A stretch of 64,000 nucleotides of DNA from an uncultured Gammaproteobacteria bacterium (GTDB lineage Bacteria; Patescibacteriota; Microgenomatia; Daviesbacterales; UBA10151): NCBI GenBank assembly GCA_964547465.1, contig CAZJNI010000004.1:19927-83926 (forward strand), written 5' to 3'. The notes below the pieces were generated by a model. The model was not told the origin of the DNA. It made no database searches and saw nothing but the letters and a program-made list of their open reading frames with translations. Shown here in pieces: positions 38,795 through 48,582 of this stretch. Every line of letters starts with the position of its first letter. Within the stretch, counting starts at the first letter, position 1. Position numbers and translations under genes: made by a program.

Positions 38795-40213
38795 GCAAAG
38801 GTTACAATTAATGATCATATATTTAGAGGTTATGATTTGCGGGGAGTTTCGGGAGTAGATTTATCTGAAGAATTAATGGAACTTTTGGGTAGGGCGTATG
38901 CAACCTTTCTATACCAGCGAAGAATTTGGGAAGTAGTAGTGGGAAGGGATAATAGGACTACCAGCGAAGCATACACAAAAGCGTTTGTGAAGGGTTTACT
39001 GGACAGCGGTATAGATGTAGTAGATATAGGTTTGGCTTTAGCCCAAATTGTTTATTTTGCTCAATACCCTCTTAGGTTTAAAGGAGCAGCTATGATTACA
39101 GCTTCTCATAACCCTGCAGAGTATAACGGTATAAAAATGGCTGTGGGATTTTCTGATACTATGACTGGTAAGGAGATTCAACAGCTAAAAGAGATTGCAA
39201 AAGGTGGACAATTTAAAGCATTTAACCGTAAACCAAAATATATTAGACAAAATATTTTTCCAGAGTATAAAAAAGATATTTTAAGAAGAGCTGGAAAAAT
39301 TGGTAAATTTAAAATAGTAGTTGATACCATCTATGGTACTGCCGGAATGTTTTTACCTGAAATTTTAAGAGAGGCTGGATGTGAAGTTATTGAGCAGCAT
39401 ACAGAACTTGACGGTACTTTTCCCTTGGGTACTGCAGATCCAACAGAGCGGGAAGTACAAGAAAGAGTTGCAGAACGGGTTAAAAAAGAAAAAGCAGATA
39501 TTGGATTTTCTTATGATACAGATGGGGACAGGATGGGAATTGTAGATTCTGCAGGAAGACTTATTTGGAATGATACTTTAGTTTCCATATTTGCCATGGA
39601 TGTTTTAGATTTTATGCCCGGTGCAAAAATTGTTTTTAATGTTCTATGTTCTAAGCAAACTAGGGATGTGATAGAAGCACATGGTGGCCAACCAATAATT
39701 TGGGTTACAGGGCATTCATTTATTAAGGCCAAACTAAAAGAAGAAAGAGCGCCCTTTGCAGGAGAATTATCAGGTCACATGTTTTTTGCAGATAATTTTT
39801 ATGGACATGATGATGAAGCATATGCAACACTGCGACTTTTAGCTTATCTGACAAGAGTAGGAAAAACACTAGATCAAGTTGTGGATGAGCTACCAAAATA
39901 TCATTCAAGTCCTGAAATTAAAGTTGGTTGTCCGGACGCTATTAAATTTAAGCTTGTCTCTGATGGAATTGCTAAAGATATTAAGGCCGCTTATCCAACA
40001 GCCTCTTATGTTGAGATAGATGGTGTTAGATTTGATACAGAAGATTTGATGGCAGTAATTCGCGCTTCTCAAAATGGGCCATATTTAACAGTTAAATATG
40101 AGGCGAAAGAAGCAGAGGAGTTTATAAAATTAAAGAAAGTTTTATCTGAAATTTTACATAAATATCCGGAAATTGATTTTAAAGATGGTGTTAATACAGA
40201 CGCCTTGCAATAA
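38795..40213 (+). CDS. Phosphomannomutase/phosphoglucomutase (alpha-D-phosphohexomutase)
   Basis: Active-site TASHNPAEYNGIKM; ORF opens at 38765. Confidence 0.75.
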   Translation, partial: AKVTINDHIFRGYDLRGVSGVDLSEELMELLGRAYATFLYQRRIWEVVVGRDNRTTSEAYTKAFVKGLLDSGIDVVDIGLALAQIVYFAQYPLRFKGAAMITASHNPAEYNGIKMAVGFSDTMTGKEIQQLKEIAKGGQFKAFNRKPKYIRQNIFPEYKKDILRRAGKIGKFKIVVDTIYGTAGMFLPEILREAGCEVIEQHTELDGTFPLGTADPTEREVQERVAERVKKEKADIGFSYDTDGDRMGIVDSAGRLIWNDTLVSIFAMDVLDFMPGAKIVFNVLCSKQTRDVIEAHGGQPIIWVTGHSFIKAKLKEERAPFAGELSGHMFFADNFYGHDDEAYATLRLLAYLTRVGKTLDQVVDELPKYHSSPEIKVGCPDAIKFKLVSDGIAKDIKAAYPTASYVEIDGVRFDTEDLMAVIRASQNGPYLTVKYEAKEAEEFIKLKKVLSEILHKYPEIDFKDGVNTDALQ

Positions 40214-40237
40214 TAGGAATAGTATGGTTTAATAATA

Positions 40238-40380
40238 TTTGCATCAAGAGACCGTGTACTCGAACGTAAGTGAGTAGTACATGGCGGCAACCGGAAAGAA
40301 ACGGTGCCAAGATCCTAAAATGGATAGATGTGCTTTGCCCTAGGCGAGAAACTTAAAACCTCTCGCTGGAGAGGTTTTTT
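40238..40380 (+). ncRNA. SAM-I (S-box)-like riboswitch with intrinsic terminator abutting metK start
   Basis: GCATCAAGAGA...GGCGGCAACC-GGAAAGAAAC-GGTGCCAAGATCC...GGATAGATGTGC resemble S-box P1/P3/P4 conserved blocks; terminator AACCTCTC-GCTGG-AGAGGTTTTTT. Confidence 0.5.
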
Positions 40381-41493
40381 ATGGCTAAGAATGGTATAAC
40401 AACATTTACATCTGAATCAGTTTGTAGCGGTCATCCGGATAAGATTTGTGACCAAATCTCCGATGCAATTTTGGATGCAGTATTAGCCCAGGATCCCCAG
40501 GGCAGAACTGCCATTGAATGTCTGGCAGGAAACGACAGATTAATTATTGCCGGGGAAATAGGAGCCAAAGCTAAGATAGATTTTAAAAAAATTGCCAGAG
40601 AGCAAATAAAAAGATTAGGCTACACTGACTCTAAATTTAATTTTTCAGATAAGTCTCCAATTGAAGTATTTGTTCATGAACAATCCCCGGAAATTGCAGT
40701 AGGGGTAAAGAAAAAAGGTGCCGGTGATCAGGGAATGATGTTTGGGTATGCCTGTCGGGAAACAGCTGCTTTAATGCCCTTGCCGATAATGATGGCACAT
40801 GCCCTAACTAAAAGAATGGATATTGTAAGGGAGGAAAATATTATTAAATATTTAAGGCCTGATGGAAAGTCTCAAGTGACTATAGAATACAAAGACGGAA
40901 AACCCAGTAAAGTTACCCAAGTTGTTATAGCAGTACCACATAAAGAATCTATAAATTTGACCCAAGTTAAAGATGATGTATATAATTTTATAGTTATACC
41001 TGTTTTAGAAATGTTTGGTTACACCCTTAAAAAGGGTGATTTAGTTGTTAATGGAACCGGGATTTGGCATCATGGAGGACCGGCATCTGATTGCGGATTA
41101 ACCGGCAGAAAGATTGTAGTTGATACGTATGGCGGATATGCCAGAGTTGGAGGAGGTTGTTTTTCCGGTAAAGAGCCATCAAAAGTAGATAGGGGAGGAG
41201 CATATGCCGCCAGGTTTTTGGCCAAAAATATTGTAGCTCATAAGTTGGCAGATAGAGCAGAGGTGAGACTGGCATATTTTATTGGGGCCAAAAAACCAAC
41301 TATGGAAGATGTGGAAACTTTTGGCACAAATAAAAAATCTCATAAAGTCATAATTTCTTTCATGAATAAAATTTTGGATACGTCAGTTTCAGGAATATTA
41401 GAAGGTTTAGATTTGCAGCGCCCAATATATTTACCAACAGCCGCTTATGGTCACTTTGGCCGTGAAGAATTCCCCTGGGAAAGAATAGTTTAA
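40381..41493 (+). CDS. metK: S-adenosylmethionine synthetase
   Basis: GHPDKICDQISDA, GAGDQGMMFGYA, DCGLTGRKIVVDTYGG, GGGCFSGKEPSKVDRGGAYAAR motifs. Confidence 0.9.
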   Translation: MAKNGITTFTSESVCSGHPDKICDQISDAILDAVLAQDPQGRTAIECLAGNDRLIIAGEIGAKAKIDFKKIAREQIKRLGYTDSKFNFSDKSPIEVFVHEQSPEIAVGVKKKGAGDQGMMFGYACRETAALMPLPIMMAHALTKRMDIVREENIIKYLRPDGKSQVTIEYKDGKPSKVTQVVIAVPHKESINLTQVKDDVYNFIVIPVLEMFGYTLKKGDLVVNGTGIWHHGGPASDCGLTGRKIVVDTYGGYARVGGGCFSGKEPSKVDRGGAYAARFLAKNIVAHKLADRAEVRLAYFIGAKKPTMEDVETFGTNKKSHKVIISFMNKILDTSVSGILEGLDLQRPIYLPTAAYGHFGREEFPWERIV

Positions 41494-42266
41494 GAAAATT
41501 GTAAAATCATTGGTAAGTGATCTGAAATCTTTACATTTGGTACCTTAAAATCCTTTACTAAAATATCTGGGCTAACAAAAGTGTAATCAGCAAATTTTTC
41601 ATGACCTGGGAAAAAACTACTTCTGGTCGTAGAGATTTTGTATTCCTTGATTAAGTTAGTCATATTTTTCTCTAAAAGTTTTATACTTTGAGTATTCATA
41701 TCTAGATTTAAATCACCACAGAAAATTTTTTCTCCAGGCCTTTTATCTAAAAAATCATTAATCTGATCTGATTGGGAAATTCTGGAAGGAGTATCTCCCT
41801 TACCTTCTTTAGTCCAGATACCATGAAGATTACAAATAGTGAGTAAATTATTTTTTACTTTTATAGTTACATAAAGAATTGCTCTAGGAAAGCTATTCCA
41901 ATCCTTAGGATTAAAGGTTTCTTTTCTGCCGAAAACAAAGAAATGACCACTTGAATCTACTGTTATTTTTTTATTTACAAAAATAGCTTGTCCCCAAGAA
42001 AGATCAAAGTTTATAAAATTTGGTTGAAAACTTCCAGATATATAATTATCTATTGTTGAGACAAAATACACATTGTAATCTTTTAAAACCTTAGAGATCT
42101 CTGCATATAAATTAATTCTATATCCAAAAGAATTAATCTTACTAGAATTTGTCTTAAATACTTCTTGAAAGGAAAATACATCAGTATCTTCAGAGTTTTG
42201 TTTAATAAATTTTATTAGAGGCTTGAATTGTTTGCCACCCCAAGTATTTAAAGAGATTAATTTCAT
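41490..42266 (-). CDS. Endonuclease/exonuclease/phosphatase (EEP) family protein
   Basis: EEP fold motifs (SLNTWGG...FQEV...); ORF track N-terminus to 42365 overlaps tRNA gene, start placed at MKLISLNTW. Confidence 0.55.
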   Translation of the reverse strand: MKLISLNTWGGKQFKPLIKFIKQNSEDTDVFSFQEVFKTNSSKINSFGYRINLYAEISKVLKDYNVYFVSTIDNYISGSFQPNFINFDLSWGQAIFVNKKITVDSSGHFFVFGRKETFNPKDWNSFPRAILYVTIKVKNNLLTICNLHGIWTKEGKGDTPSRISQSDQINDFLDKRPGEKIFCGDLNLDMNTQSIKLLEKNMTNLIKEYKISTTRSSFFPGHEKFADYTFVSPDILVKDFKVPNVKISDHLPMILQFS

Positions 42267-42286
42267 GTTAAAATTATACGATATAT

Positions 42287-42357
42287 CGGGGAGTAGTATA
42301 GTGGTAACACGCCGCGCTGGGGGTGCGGCATCGGGAGTCCGATTCTCCCCTCCCCGA
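42287..42357 (+). tRNA. tRNA-Pro (anticodon GGG), atypical T-loop TCCGATT
   Basis: Hand-folded cloverleaf: acceptor CGGGGAG/CTCCCCG, D-arm AGTGGTA loop, anticodon stem CCGCG/TGCGG loop CTGGGGG, T-stem GGGAG/CTCCC, discriminator A. Confidence 0.55.
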
Positions 42358-42443
42358 CACAACATGCTATGTATCCATACGTAAGTACGCTAAATAATTT
42401 TGGGGTATTGACACCTTTGGGATATATTTGGTAATTTAAATTT

Positions 42444-43511
42444 ATGGCACAAACTACAGATAATAACGAAGCCAAAAAAGCAGCCATTTCTGCTGCCATG
42501 GCTCAAATCCAAAAAACTTACGGAACCGGTTCTATTATGAGGCTTGGGGAAAGGGCAGAGAAAATGACTACCCAGGTTATCCCCACAGGTTCTATTGCAG
42601 TTGATTTAGCTTTGGGGGTTGGTGGTTTGCCAAAGGGTAGAATTGTAGAAATATATGGTCCGGAGGCCGGTGGAAAAACTACCCTATGTTTACATGTTAT
42701 AGCAGAGGCACAGAAAAAAGGCGGTGTGGCAGCGTTTATAGATGCGGAGCATGCCCTGGATCCTCAAAGAGCTCAAAAAATTGGTGTTAATTTGGATGAT
42801 CTTTTAATTTCCCAACCGGACACTGGCGAGCAGGCTTTAGAGATTGCAGAGTCTTTAATAAGATCCGGAGGGATAGATGTGTTGGTGATAGATTCTGTGG
42901 CAGCCCTGGTTCCCAGGGCAGAATTAGAAGGCGAAATGGGAGATGCGGTGATGGGAATGCAGGCAAGATTAATGTCACAAGCGCTTCGTAAGCTAACCGG
43001 TGCAGTTTCCAATACTAACACTATTATAATTTTTACAAATCAACTAAGACAAAAAATTGGAGTAATGTTTGGAAATCCTGAAACAACCACAGGTGGTTTG
43101 GCACTTAAGTTTTATTCATCAATAAGACTGGACGTAAGGAAAATTGAAAATATTAAAGTGGGAGATATGGTAGTTGGTTCAAGACACAGAGTAAAGGTTG
43201 TAAAAAATAAGGTTGCTCCCCCATTTAGAATTGCAGAGTTTGATATGGATGATAATGGTATTTCTCATGAAGGGGAGCTTTTAGATGTAGGGATAGAGTT
43301 GGGAATTTTACAAAAATCTGGAGCATTTATAAAATGGGAAGAGTTAATGTTGGGACAGGGACGAGCGGCGGCAATAGATTTTCTTAAAACTAACAAAAAG
43401 GAAGCAGAAAAATTAGAAAAAGAAATAAGAGAAACATGGGGAAAGGAAAAAAAGAGTGATTTGGTGGTTGGTCAGGAAGAAGAAGGATCCGCTATAATTG
43501 AAGAATCCTGA
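42444..43511 (+). CDS. recA: Recombinase RecA
   Basis: Walker [10 protein letters not shown], RecA core homology, 355 aa. Confidence 0.95.
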   Translation: MAQTTDNNEAKKAAISAAMAQIQKTYGTGSIMRLGERAEKMTTQVIPTGSIAVDLALGVGGLPKGRIVEIYGPEAGGKTTLCLHVIAEAQKKGGVAAFIDAEHALDPQRAQKIGVNLDDLLISQPDTGEQALEIAESLIRSGGIDVLVIDSVAALVPRAELEGEMGDAVMGMQARLMSQALRKLTGAVSNTNTIIIFTNQLRQKIGVMFGNPETTTGGLALKFYSSIRLDVRKIENIKVGDMVVGSRHRVKVVKNKVAPPFRIAEFDMDDNGISHEGELLDVGIELGILQKSGAFIKWEELMLGQGRAAAIDFLKTNKKEAEKLEKEIRETWGKEKKSDLVVGQEEEGSAIIEES

Positions 43512-44002
43512 TGGATTCCCTGGCATTTAAATTACTTCTGAATAAACTCTACAGACTTATCTCTATCAGAGCTAGATCGGAAAAAGAAATCAGAGATTAT
43601 TTAAGGGTAAAGGGTAAAGGGTTAAGGGGAAAGAAAATAGAGATAAATGATAAGATGATTGAGTATCTAATAGATACCCTAAAGCAGCAAAATCTTATTA
43701 ATGATTTAGGGTTTGCTAAAGCTTGGGTGGAATCAAGGAGCAGGAAAAAAGGGATGAGAGTTATCCGGCAGGAGTTATTTCAAAAAGGAATTGACAGGGA
43801 AATTGTGTCAAGTATCATGGGTCAAGTGTCAAGTATAGAAGAACAGAAAACAGCAGAAAAATTGCTTGAAAAAAAATTAAGAGTTTGGAAAAATTTACCC
43901 AATTTAGAATTTAAGAAAAAGGCATATGATTTCTTACTAAGAAGAGGATTTGAATATGGAATAGTGAAAGATGCCATTGAAAATATTATAAAAAAGATGT
44001 AA
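43511..44002 (+). CDS. recX: Regulatory protein RecX
   Basis: Helical repeat protein directly downstream of recA, RecX-like 163 aa. Confidence 0.65.
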   Translation: MDSLAFKLLLNKLYRLISIRARSEKEIRDYLRVKGKGLRGKKIEINDKMIEYLIDTLKQQNLINDLGFAKAWVESRSRKKGMRVIRQELFQKGIDREIVSSIMGQVSSIEEQKTAEKLLEKKLRVWKNLPNLEFKKKAYDFLLRRGFEYGIVKDAIENIIKKM

Positions 44003-44115
44003 AATACCATCAGAGAATCAGATAAGAGTGAGCAAAATATGAAGAAATTAATTCTCAATTTTTTAACTCCTCAAAACTTCGAGTAATCGAAGGGTATTTC
44101 CTGGTTCTCAGTGTT

Positions 44116-44200
44116 GTCATTCCGAGCGAATGAAGTTCGCGTGGGAATCTTGATTAATAGGGATTGCCACGTCGCTCGAGGACTCGCTCCTTGCAATGAC
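44116..44200. repeat. MITE-like element copy F (immediately upstream of rny)
   Basis: GTCATTCCGAGCGAATGAAGTTCGCGTGGGAATCTTGATT...CTCGCTCCTTGCAATGAC. Confidence 0.8.
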
Positions 44201-44211
44201 AGAGAGGAAGT

Positions 44212-45561
44212 ATGCAGCGATCATTTGGTCCTAAAAATTTTAGTCCACAGACTAATCCATCTTCTGGTGGAAACTTCTCAAGCAGAGAGGCAGATTTAGC
44301 CAAAAGAGAAGGAATTTTAGAAGAACGGGAAAGACAGATTTCCCAAAAAGATAAAAATTTGGATGAAAAATTAGACCAGATTGAGAAAGTAAGGATAGAT
44401 CTTTTAGAAAAATTAGAGAAAGCTTCCAAAATGTCTTTAGAGGAAGCGAAAAAAATTCTTTTAGAACAAGTGGATAAAGATTTGGCAGTTGAAATTTCCA
44501 AACGGGTTAAAGAAGCAGAAGAAGAAATAAAATTATCTGCGGATGAAAAATCAAAAGAGATATTGGCCGAGGCAATGCAGCATGGTTTTACAGATGTAAT
44601 TTCTGAATTTACCACCTCAAGAGTTAACCTTCCCGATGAAGAAGTTAAGGGTAGAATTATTGGTAAAGAGGGTAGAAATATCAGGACTTTTGAACAAGCA
44701 ACCGGAGTTGATGTAATTATGGATGATGAGACGCCAAATACGTTAATCATTTCCTCCTTTGATTCTGTTAGGCGGGAGATTGCCAAGGTTGCGCTGGAGC
44801 GACTAATTGCAGATGGAAGGATACAGCCGCAAAGAATTGAGGAGATTGTAGCGAAAACAAAAGAGGATTTTGAAAAAATTATGCTCCAGGCCGGAGAAAA
44901 ACTTTGCGGCGACGCCGGTGTTTATAATCTACCGGTAGATTTGGTGAAAGTTTTGGGAAGGTTTAAATATAGATTTTCGTTTGGACAAAATTTAATACAA
45001 CATACCTTGGAAGAAACCAGAATTGGTGTAGCTTTAGCGCAAATGATTGGAGCGGACGCTAATGTAGTACGTCTTGGTTGTTTACTGCATGATATAGGAA
45101 AAGTTGTGACCGAGGGAGATGAAGGAACACACGTTGATAAAGGAGTACAGATTGCCAAAAAATTCGAAATGCCGGAGGCAGTTGTCAATTGTATTGCAGA
45201 GCATCATGAAGATAAACCATTCTCATCAATAGAATCAATTTTAGTTTATATCGCTGATGCGATATCCGGTGGAAGACCGGGAGCCAGACATGAAAATGTT
45301 GAGGATTATATAAAGCGAATGGATGATATAGAAAAGATTGCCACTTCATTTGAAGGAGTAGACAGGGCATTTGCGCTGCAAGCCGGGCGTGAGGTTAGAG
45401 TTATCGTTATGCCGGATAGAATCTCGGATGATGAATTGCCAAAACTGGTACACGATATTGCGACGAGGATTGCCAAAGAAGTTATGGTACCTGGAGCAGT
45501 TAAAATAACTGCCATAAGAGAAATAAGAGCAACAGAAACAACAATGACTTCACCCCAGTGA
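44212..45561 (+). CDS. rny: Ribonuclease Y (KH + HD domains) lacking the usual N-terminal membrane anchor
   Basis: KH motif IIGKEGRNIR, HD motif LLHDIGK; no TM helix at N-terminus. Confidence 0.8.
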   Translation: MQRSFGPKNFSPQTNPSSGGNFSSREADLAKREGILEERERQISQKDKNLDEKLDQIEKVRIDLLEKLEKASKMSLEEAKKILLEQVDKDLAVEISKRVKEAEEEIKLSADEKSKEILAEAMQHGFTDVISEFTTSRVNLPDEEVKGRIIGKEGRNIRTFEQATGVDVIMDDETPNTLIISSFDSVRREIAKVALERLIADGRIQPQRIEEIVAKTKEDFEKIMLQAGEKLCGDAGVYNLPVDLVKVLGRFKYRFSFGQNLIQHTLEETRIGVALAQMIGADANVVRLGCLLHDIGKVVTEGDEGTHVDKGVQIAKKFEMPEAVVNCIAEHHEDKPFSSIESILVYIADAISGGRPGARHENVEDYIKRMDDIEKIATSFEGVDRAFALQAGREVRVIVMPDRISDDELPKLVHDIATRIAKEVMVPGAVKITAIREIRATETTMTSPQ

Positions 45562-45579
45562 AAATTGTAAAATGAGTTA

Positions 45580-46677
45580 ATGCGTGCAATTTTTACCAAA
45601 GACCTTTCCTACCCTGCTTTAGTTTTTTTGATTTGGCGACTAATAATTCTAGGATTTCAAATTTTTATCCAGCCTTTTTATAAAATAACTCCTGACTCAT
45701 TGTCTTTATGGGATAGATTGTTTACCTCATGGACTATGTATTGGGATGCTGGGCATTACTTAGGTATTGCCGTCTCAGGTTATCAATTTCCTCAACAAGC
45801 CTTCTTTCCTTTGTGGCCCCTACTAATTAAGTCATTCACCATGTTGGGATTATCCCATCATTGGGTAAGCTATCTGTTAACTTTTATTTTAGGTCTTGCT
45901 AATTTTATCCTACTTTATTTATTGGCTGGGAAATTAATTGATAGGCAAAAAGCCAAGTGGGCTCTAATTATTTTTGCCTGTTACCCTGCAACTATTTTTT
46001 TGCATGCTGGCTATAGTGAAAATTTATTTTTATTTTTAACAATGTCTTCCTTTCTATTCTTTGAAAATAAAAAATACTGGCTTTCTGCGATAATGGCAGG
46101 ATTAAGTGGTTCTAGCAGAATGGTCGGTATAGCTATAAGTGTATCCTTCTGGTTTACTGGGATAATTTTTACAAAAAAGCTGTTGATGAGTTTAACGGGA
46201 TTATTTGGTCTAATAGCTTATATGAGCTATTTATATTTTAATCATGGAGATTTCTTATTTTTTATCAAAGGACAACAAGCTTGGTGTGAGGCAGCCGGTC
46301 GTTGCCAATTCACTTTCCCTTTAATGCCACTATTACAATATGGCTGGTTATTATTTTCTGGGGCTATCAGAGTTAATCTTTTATCATTTAGATTTATTGA
46401 TTGGTTTAGTAGCGTGGTATTTTTAGGCTCCCTATTTTTAGTTTGGAAAAAATTACCTATCCGCTACTTTGTTTATTCTTTAGTGGTGTTGTTAATGCCT
46501 CTTTTATCAGGGACTACTACCTCAATGGTCAGAATGACTTTGGTTGCTTTTCCAATTTTTTTAGTTTTACCATATTTATTAAAAAATAAAAAAGTAATAA
46601 TTGGAGTAGCTCTATTACTGTTGCTTCTAGAGTTAAGATTTGTAGCCCTTTTCACCGGTCGGATTTGGGTAGCCTAG
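45580..46677 (+). CDS. Polytopic membrane glycosyltransferase, PIG-V/Mannos_trans_2-like (GT-C fold)
   Basis: WDAGHYLGIAVSGY motif, ~10 TM segments. Confidence 0.45.
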   Translation: MRAIFTKDLSYPALVFLIWRLIILGFQIFIQPFYKITPDSLSLWDRLFTSWTMYWDAGHYLGIAVSGYQFPQQAFFPLWPLLIKSFTMLGLSHHWVSYLLTFILGLANFILLYLLAGKLIDRQKAKWALIIFACYPATIFLHAGYSENLFLFLTMSSFLFFENKKYWLSAIMAGLSGSSRMVGIAISVSFWFTGIIFTKKLLMSLTGLFGLIAYMSYLYFNHGDFLFFIKGQQAWCEAAGRCQFTFPLMPLLQYGWLLFSGAIRVNLLSFRFIDWFSSVVFLGSLFLVWKKLPIRYFVYSLVVLLMPLLSGTTTSMVRMTLVAFPIFLVLPYLLKNKKVIIGVALLLLLLELRFVALFTGRIWVA

Positions 46678-46741
46678 GTTGGTAGACAATAAAGGATAAG
46701 TAGACCTTTACAAAGTTCCAAACATCTGCTAATTTAGTGCT

Positions 46742-47014
46742 ATGACTAAAAATCAACTTATAGAAAAAGTTGCCAAAAAAGCAAATCTTACTAAAGGTGC
46801 ATCAGCAGATGCAGTCAATTCTACATTTAATTTAATTAAAGATGGTTTGGTGAGAGGAGAGAAAGTTGTCATTACCGGATTTGGCACTTTTCTAATTAGA
46901 TCCAGAGCAGCTCGTCGTGGACGCAATCCTCAAACCGGAGAAACAATTCAAATCCCCAACAAAAAGACCCCGGGTTTCACTGCAGGAAAAACCCTTAAAA
47001 GATTAATTAAATGA
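46742..47014 (+). CDS. hup: DNA-binding protein HU
   Basis: HU/IHF signature GFGTF...RSRAARRGRNPQTGETIQIP. Confidence 0.85.
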   Translation: MTKNQLIEKVAKKANLTKGASADAVNSTFNLIKDGLVRGEKVVITGFGTFLIRSRAARRGRNPQTGETIQIPNKKTPGFTAGKTLKRLIK

Positions 47015-47496
47015 TAGCTCGCCAGCTAAAGCTTAAAGCCGTAATCTTTGATTACGCCGGTACTATTTATAATCCATTTACGAAGCAACTGTATCCTCAA
47101 ACTATAAACGTTTTAGAGTCTTTAACCAAAAAAGGTATAAAGTTGGCATTAGTGAGCAGATCTTCTGACTTAGAAGAAAGGTTATCAGAATTTAAGCATC
47201 TAAATTTAAAAAGATATTTTAAGGTTTTGGAAGCAGTTCCAGTAGAAAACGAGAAAGAATTTACTCACTTATTAAAAGAATTACATGTGAAAGCTGAAGA
47301 ATGTTTAGTTGTTGGAGATAGGGTTAAAAGTGAGATTCTGGAGGGAAATAAAATTGGAGCAATAACAGTTTGGGTACTTCAAGGAGAATTTCTGGATGAG
47401 AAGCCTGAATCTGAATTAGAAAAGCCAGACTATACAATTTCTTCGTTGAACGAGTTACCTAAAATACTAGCTAGTTGTATGGATACATATGAGTAA
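47011..47496 (+). CDS. HAD-like hydrolase (divergent motif I DYAGT)
   Basis: FDYAGTI and VVGDRVKSE motifs. Confidence 0.4.
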   Translation: MIARQLKLKAVIFDYAGTIYNPFTKQLYPQTINVLESLTKKGIKLALVSRSSDLEERLSEFKHLNLKRYFKVLEAVPVENEKEFTHLLKELHVKAEECLVVGDRVKSEILEGNKIGAITVWVLQGEFLDEKPESELEKPDYTISSLNELPKILASCMDTYE

Positions 47497-47773
47497 ACCG
47501 TTAAGTGATAAAAATATTCAAATACCCAATGATATTTTAAAAAAACTCCTTACTCCTTCAGAAACTCGTATGTTGAAAAATCGCTTTTTAATAAAAAATC
47601 TTTTGGAAGAAGGTTTATCAATCAGAAGAATTGCCGAGAAAGTTAAAGTAGGAACAGATACGGTAGTTCGGGTGGCCAGAATAATTGAGAGGGGTAATTT
47701 GAAAGTTTCAAAGAAAGCAAAAAAATCGTCATTTAAAACCTCAACCCCATGGATTTTTGGAAAAAATGAGTAA
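47489..47773 (+). CDS. TrpR-like YerC/YecD family DNA-binding protein
   Basis: LLTPSETRMLKNRFLI...EGLSIRRIAEKVKVGTDTVVRVARIIERG. Confidence 0.5.
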   Translation: MSKPLSDKNIQIPNDILKKLLTPSETRMLKNRFLIKNLLEEGLSIRRIAEKVKVGTDTVVRVARIIERGNLKVSKKAKKSSFKTSTPWIFGKNE

Positions 47774-47778
47774 ACTTA

Positions 47779-48582
47779 ATGGATCCTAAAAATATTATTA
47801 AACAATTGGTACGACAGTTGAACCAAAACCCTTTAGTATCTGGATTTGTGCTAGTTGGTTCGCAAGCAAGAGAAGAAACTTATGTTGCTGATCAATATTC
47901 AGATTTGGAAGCTTATATTATAGTGAAAGATGAAAATGTTGAAGATTTCCAAAAACAATTACCGGATTTAGTTAGTAAATCAGGCCAGGTTATCTTTTCG
48001 TATAAAAATAGATGGGCCGGCTTTTCTACCGTTTTTGAAGATTTATTTAGATTAGAACTTCCAATAGCAAAACAATCTGAACTTATCCTTATATTTTCCA
48101 GGCCAAAGGCTCAAATTGTGAAGATTTTAATCGATAAAACAAATGGTCAATTAAAGAAAACGCTTAATGATCGTCCCCAAACTATAGATTATCAACAACT
48201 ATTTCAAGATCAGGTTGAAGATTTTTGGTATATGGTAATTGTAGCAGTACAATACTTTAAAAAGGGAGAAGTATATAACAGTAGAAGCGCTCTTCAAATA
48301 CTAATATCCTCTTTAATTAAATTATTAGAGCTCCTACAAGATCCTAAAATAGTCCTGTTAGAAACTAATAAACGTATTGAACAATTTTTATCAGTTGAAC
48401 AAATTGCCCTTCTCAAAGAAGTTAGCCCGGCTTATGATAGTGACCAAATAAAGCAATCATTAAAAATGATCATTAATGCTTTTTCGAATCTTTCAAAAGA
48501 AGTAGCTGATAAATATAATTATCAGTATAGAAAAGATATCGAAGATAAGATTAAATCTAAACTCCTGGACTCATTAAGTTAA
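47779..48582 (+). CDS. Nucleotidyltransferase (Pol-beta superfamily; ANT(6)/AadK-like)
   Basis: VGSQAREETYVADQYSDLEAY NTase GS...D.D-like motif, 267 aa. Confidence 0.35.
   Translation: MDPKNIIKQLVRQLNQNPLVSGFVLVGSQAREETYVADQYSDLEAYIIVKDENVEDFQKQLPDLVSKSGQVIFSYKNRWAGFSTVFEDLFRLELPIAKQSELILIFSRPKAQIVKILIDKTNGQLKKTLNDRPQTIDYQQLFQDQVEDFWYMVIVAVQYFKKGEVYNSRSALQILISSLIKLLELLQDPKIVLLETNKRIEQFLSVEQIALLKEVSPAYDSDQIKQSLKMIINAFSNLSKEVADKYNYQYRKDIEDKIKSKLLDSLS

Noticed and set aside
42287-42357. Considered a minus-strand tRNA here
   Set aside because: Only the plus-strand reading gives paired acceptor, anticodon and T stems.
44154-44786. 210-aa minus-strand ORF
   Set aside because: Antisense to rny (KH/HD motifs on the plus strand are unambiguous); Ser/Leu-rich translation typical of an antisense AT-rich frame.
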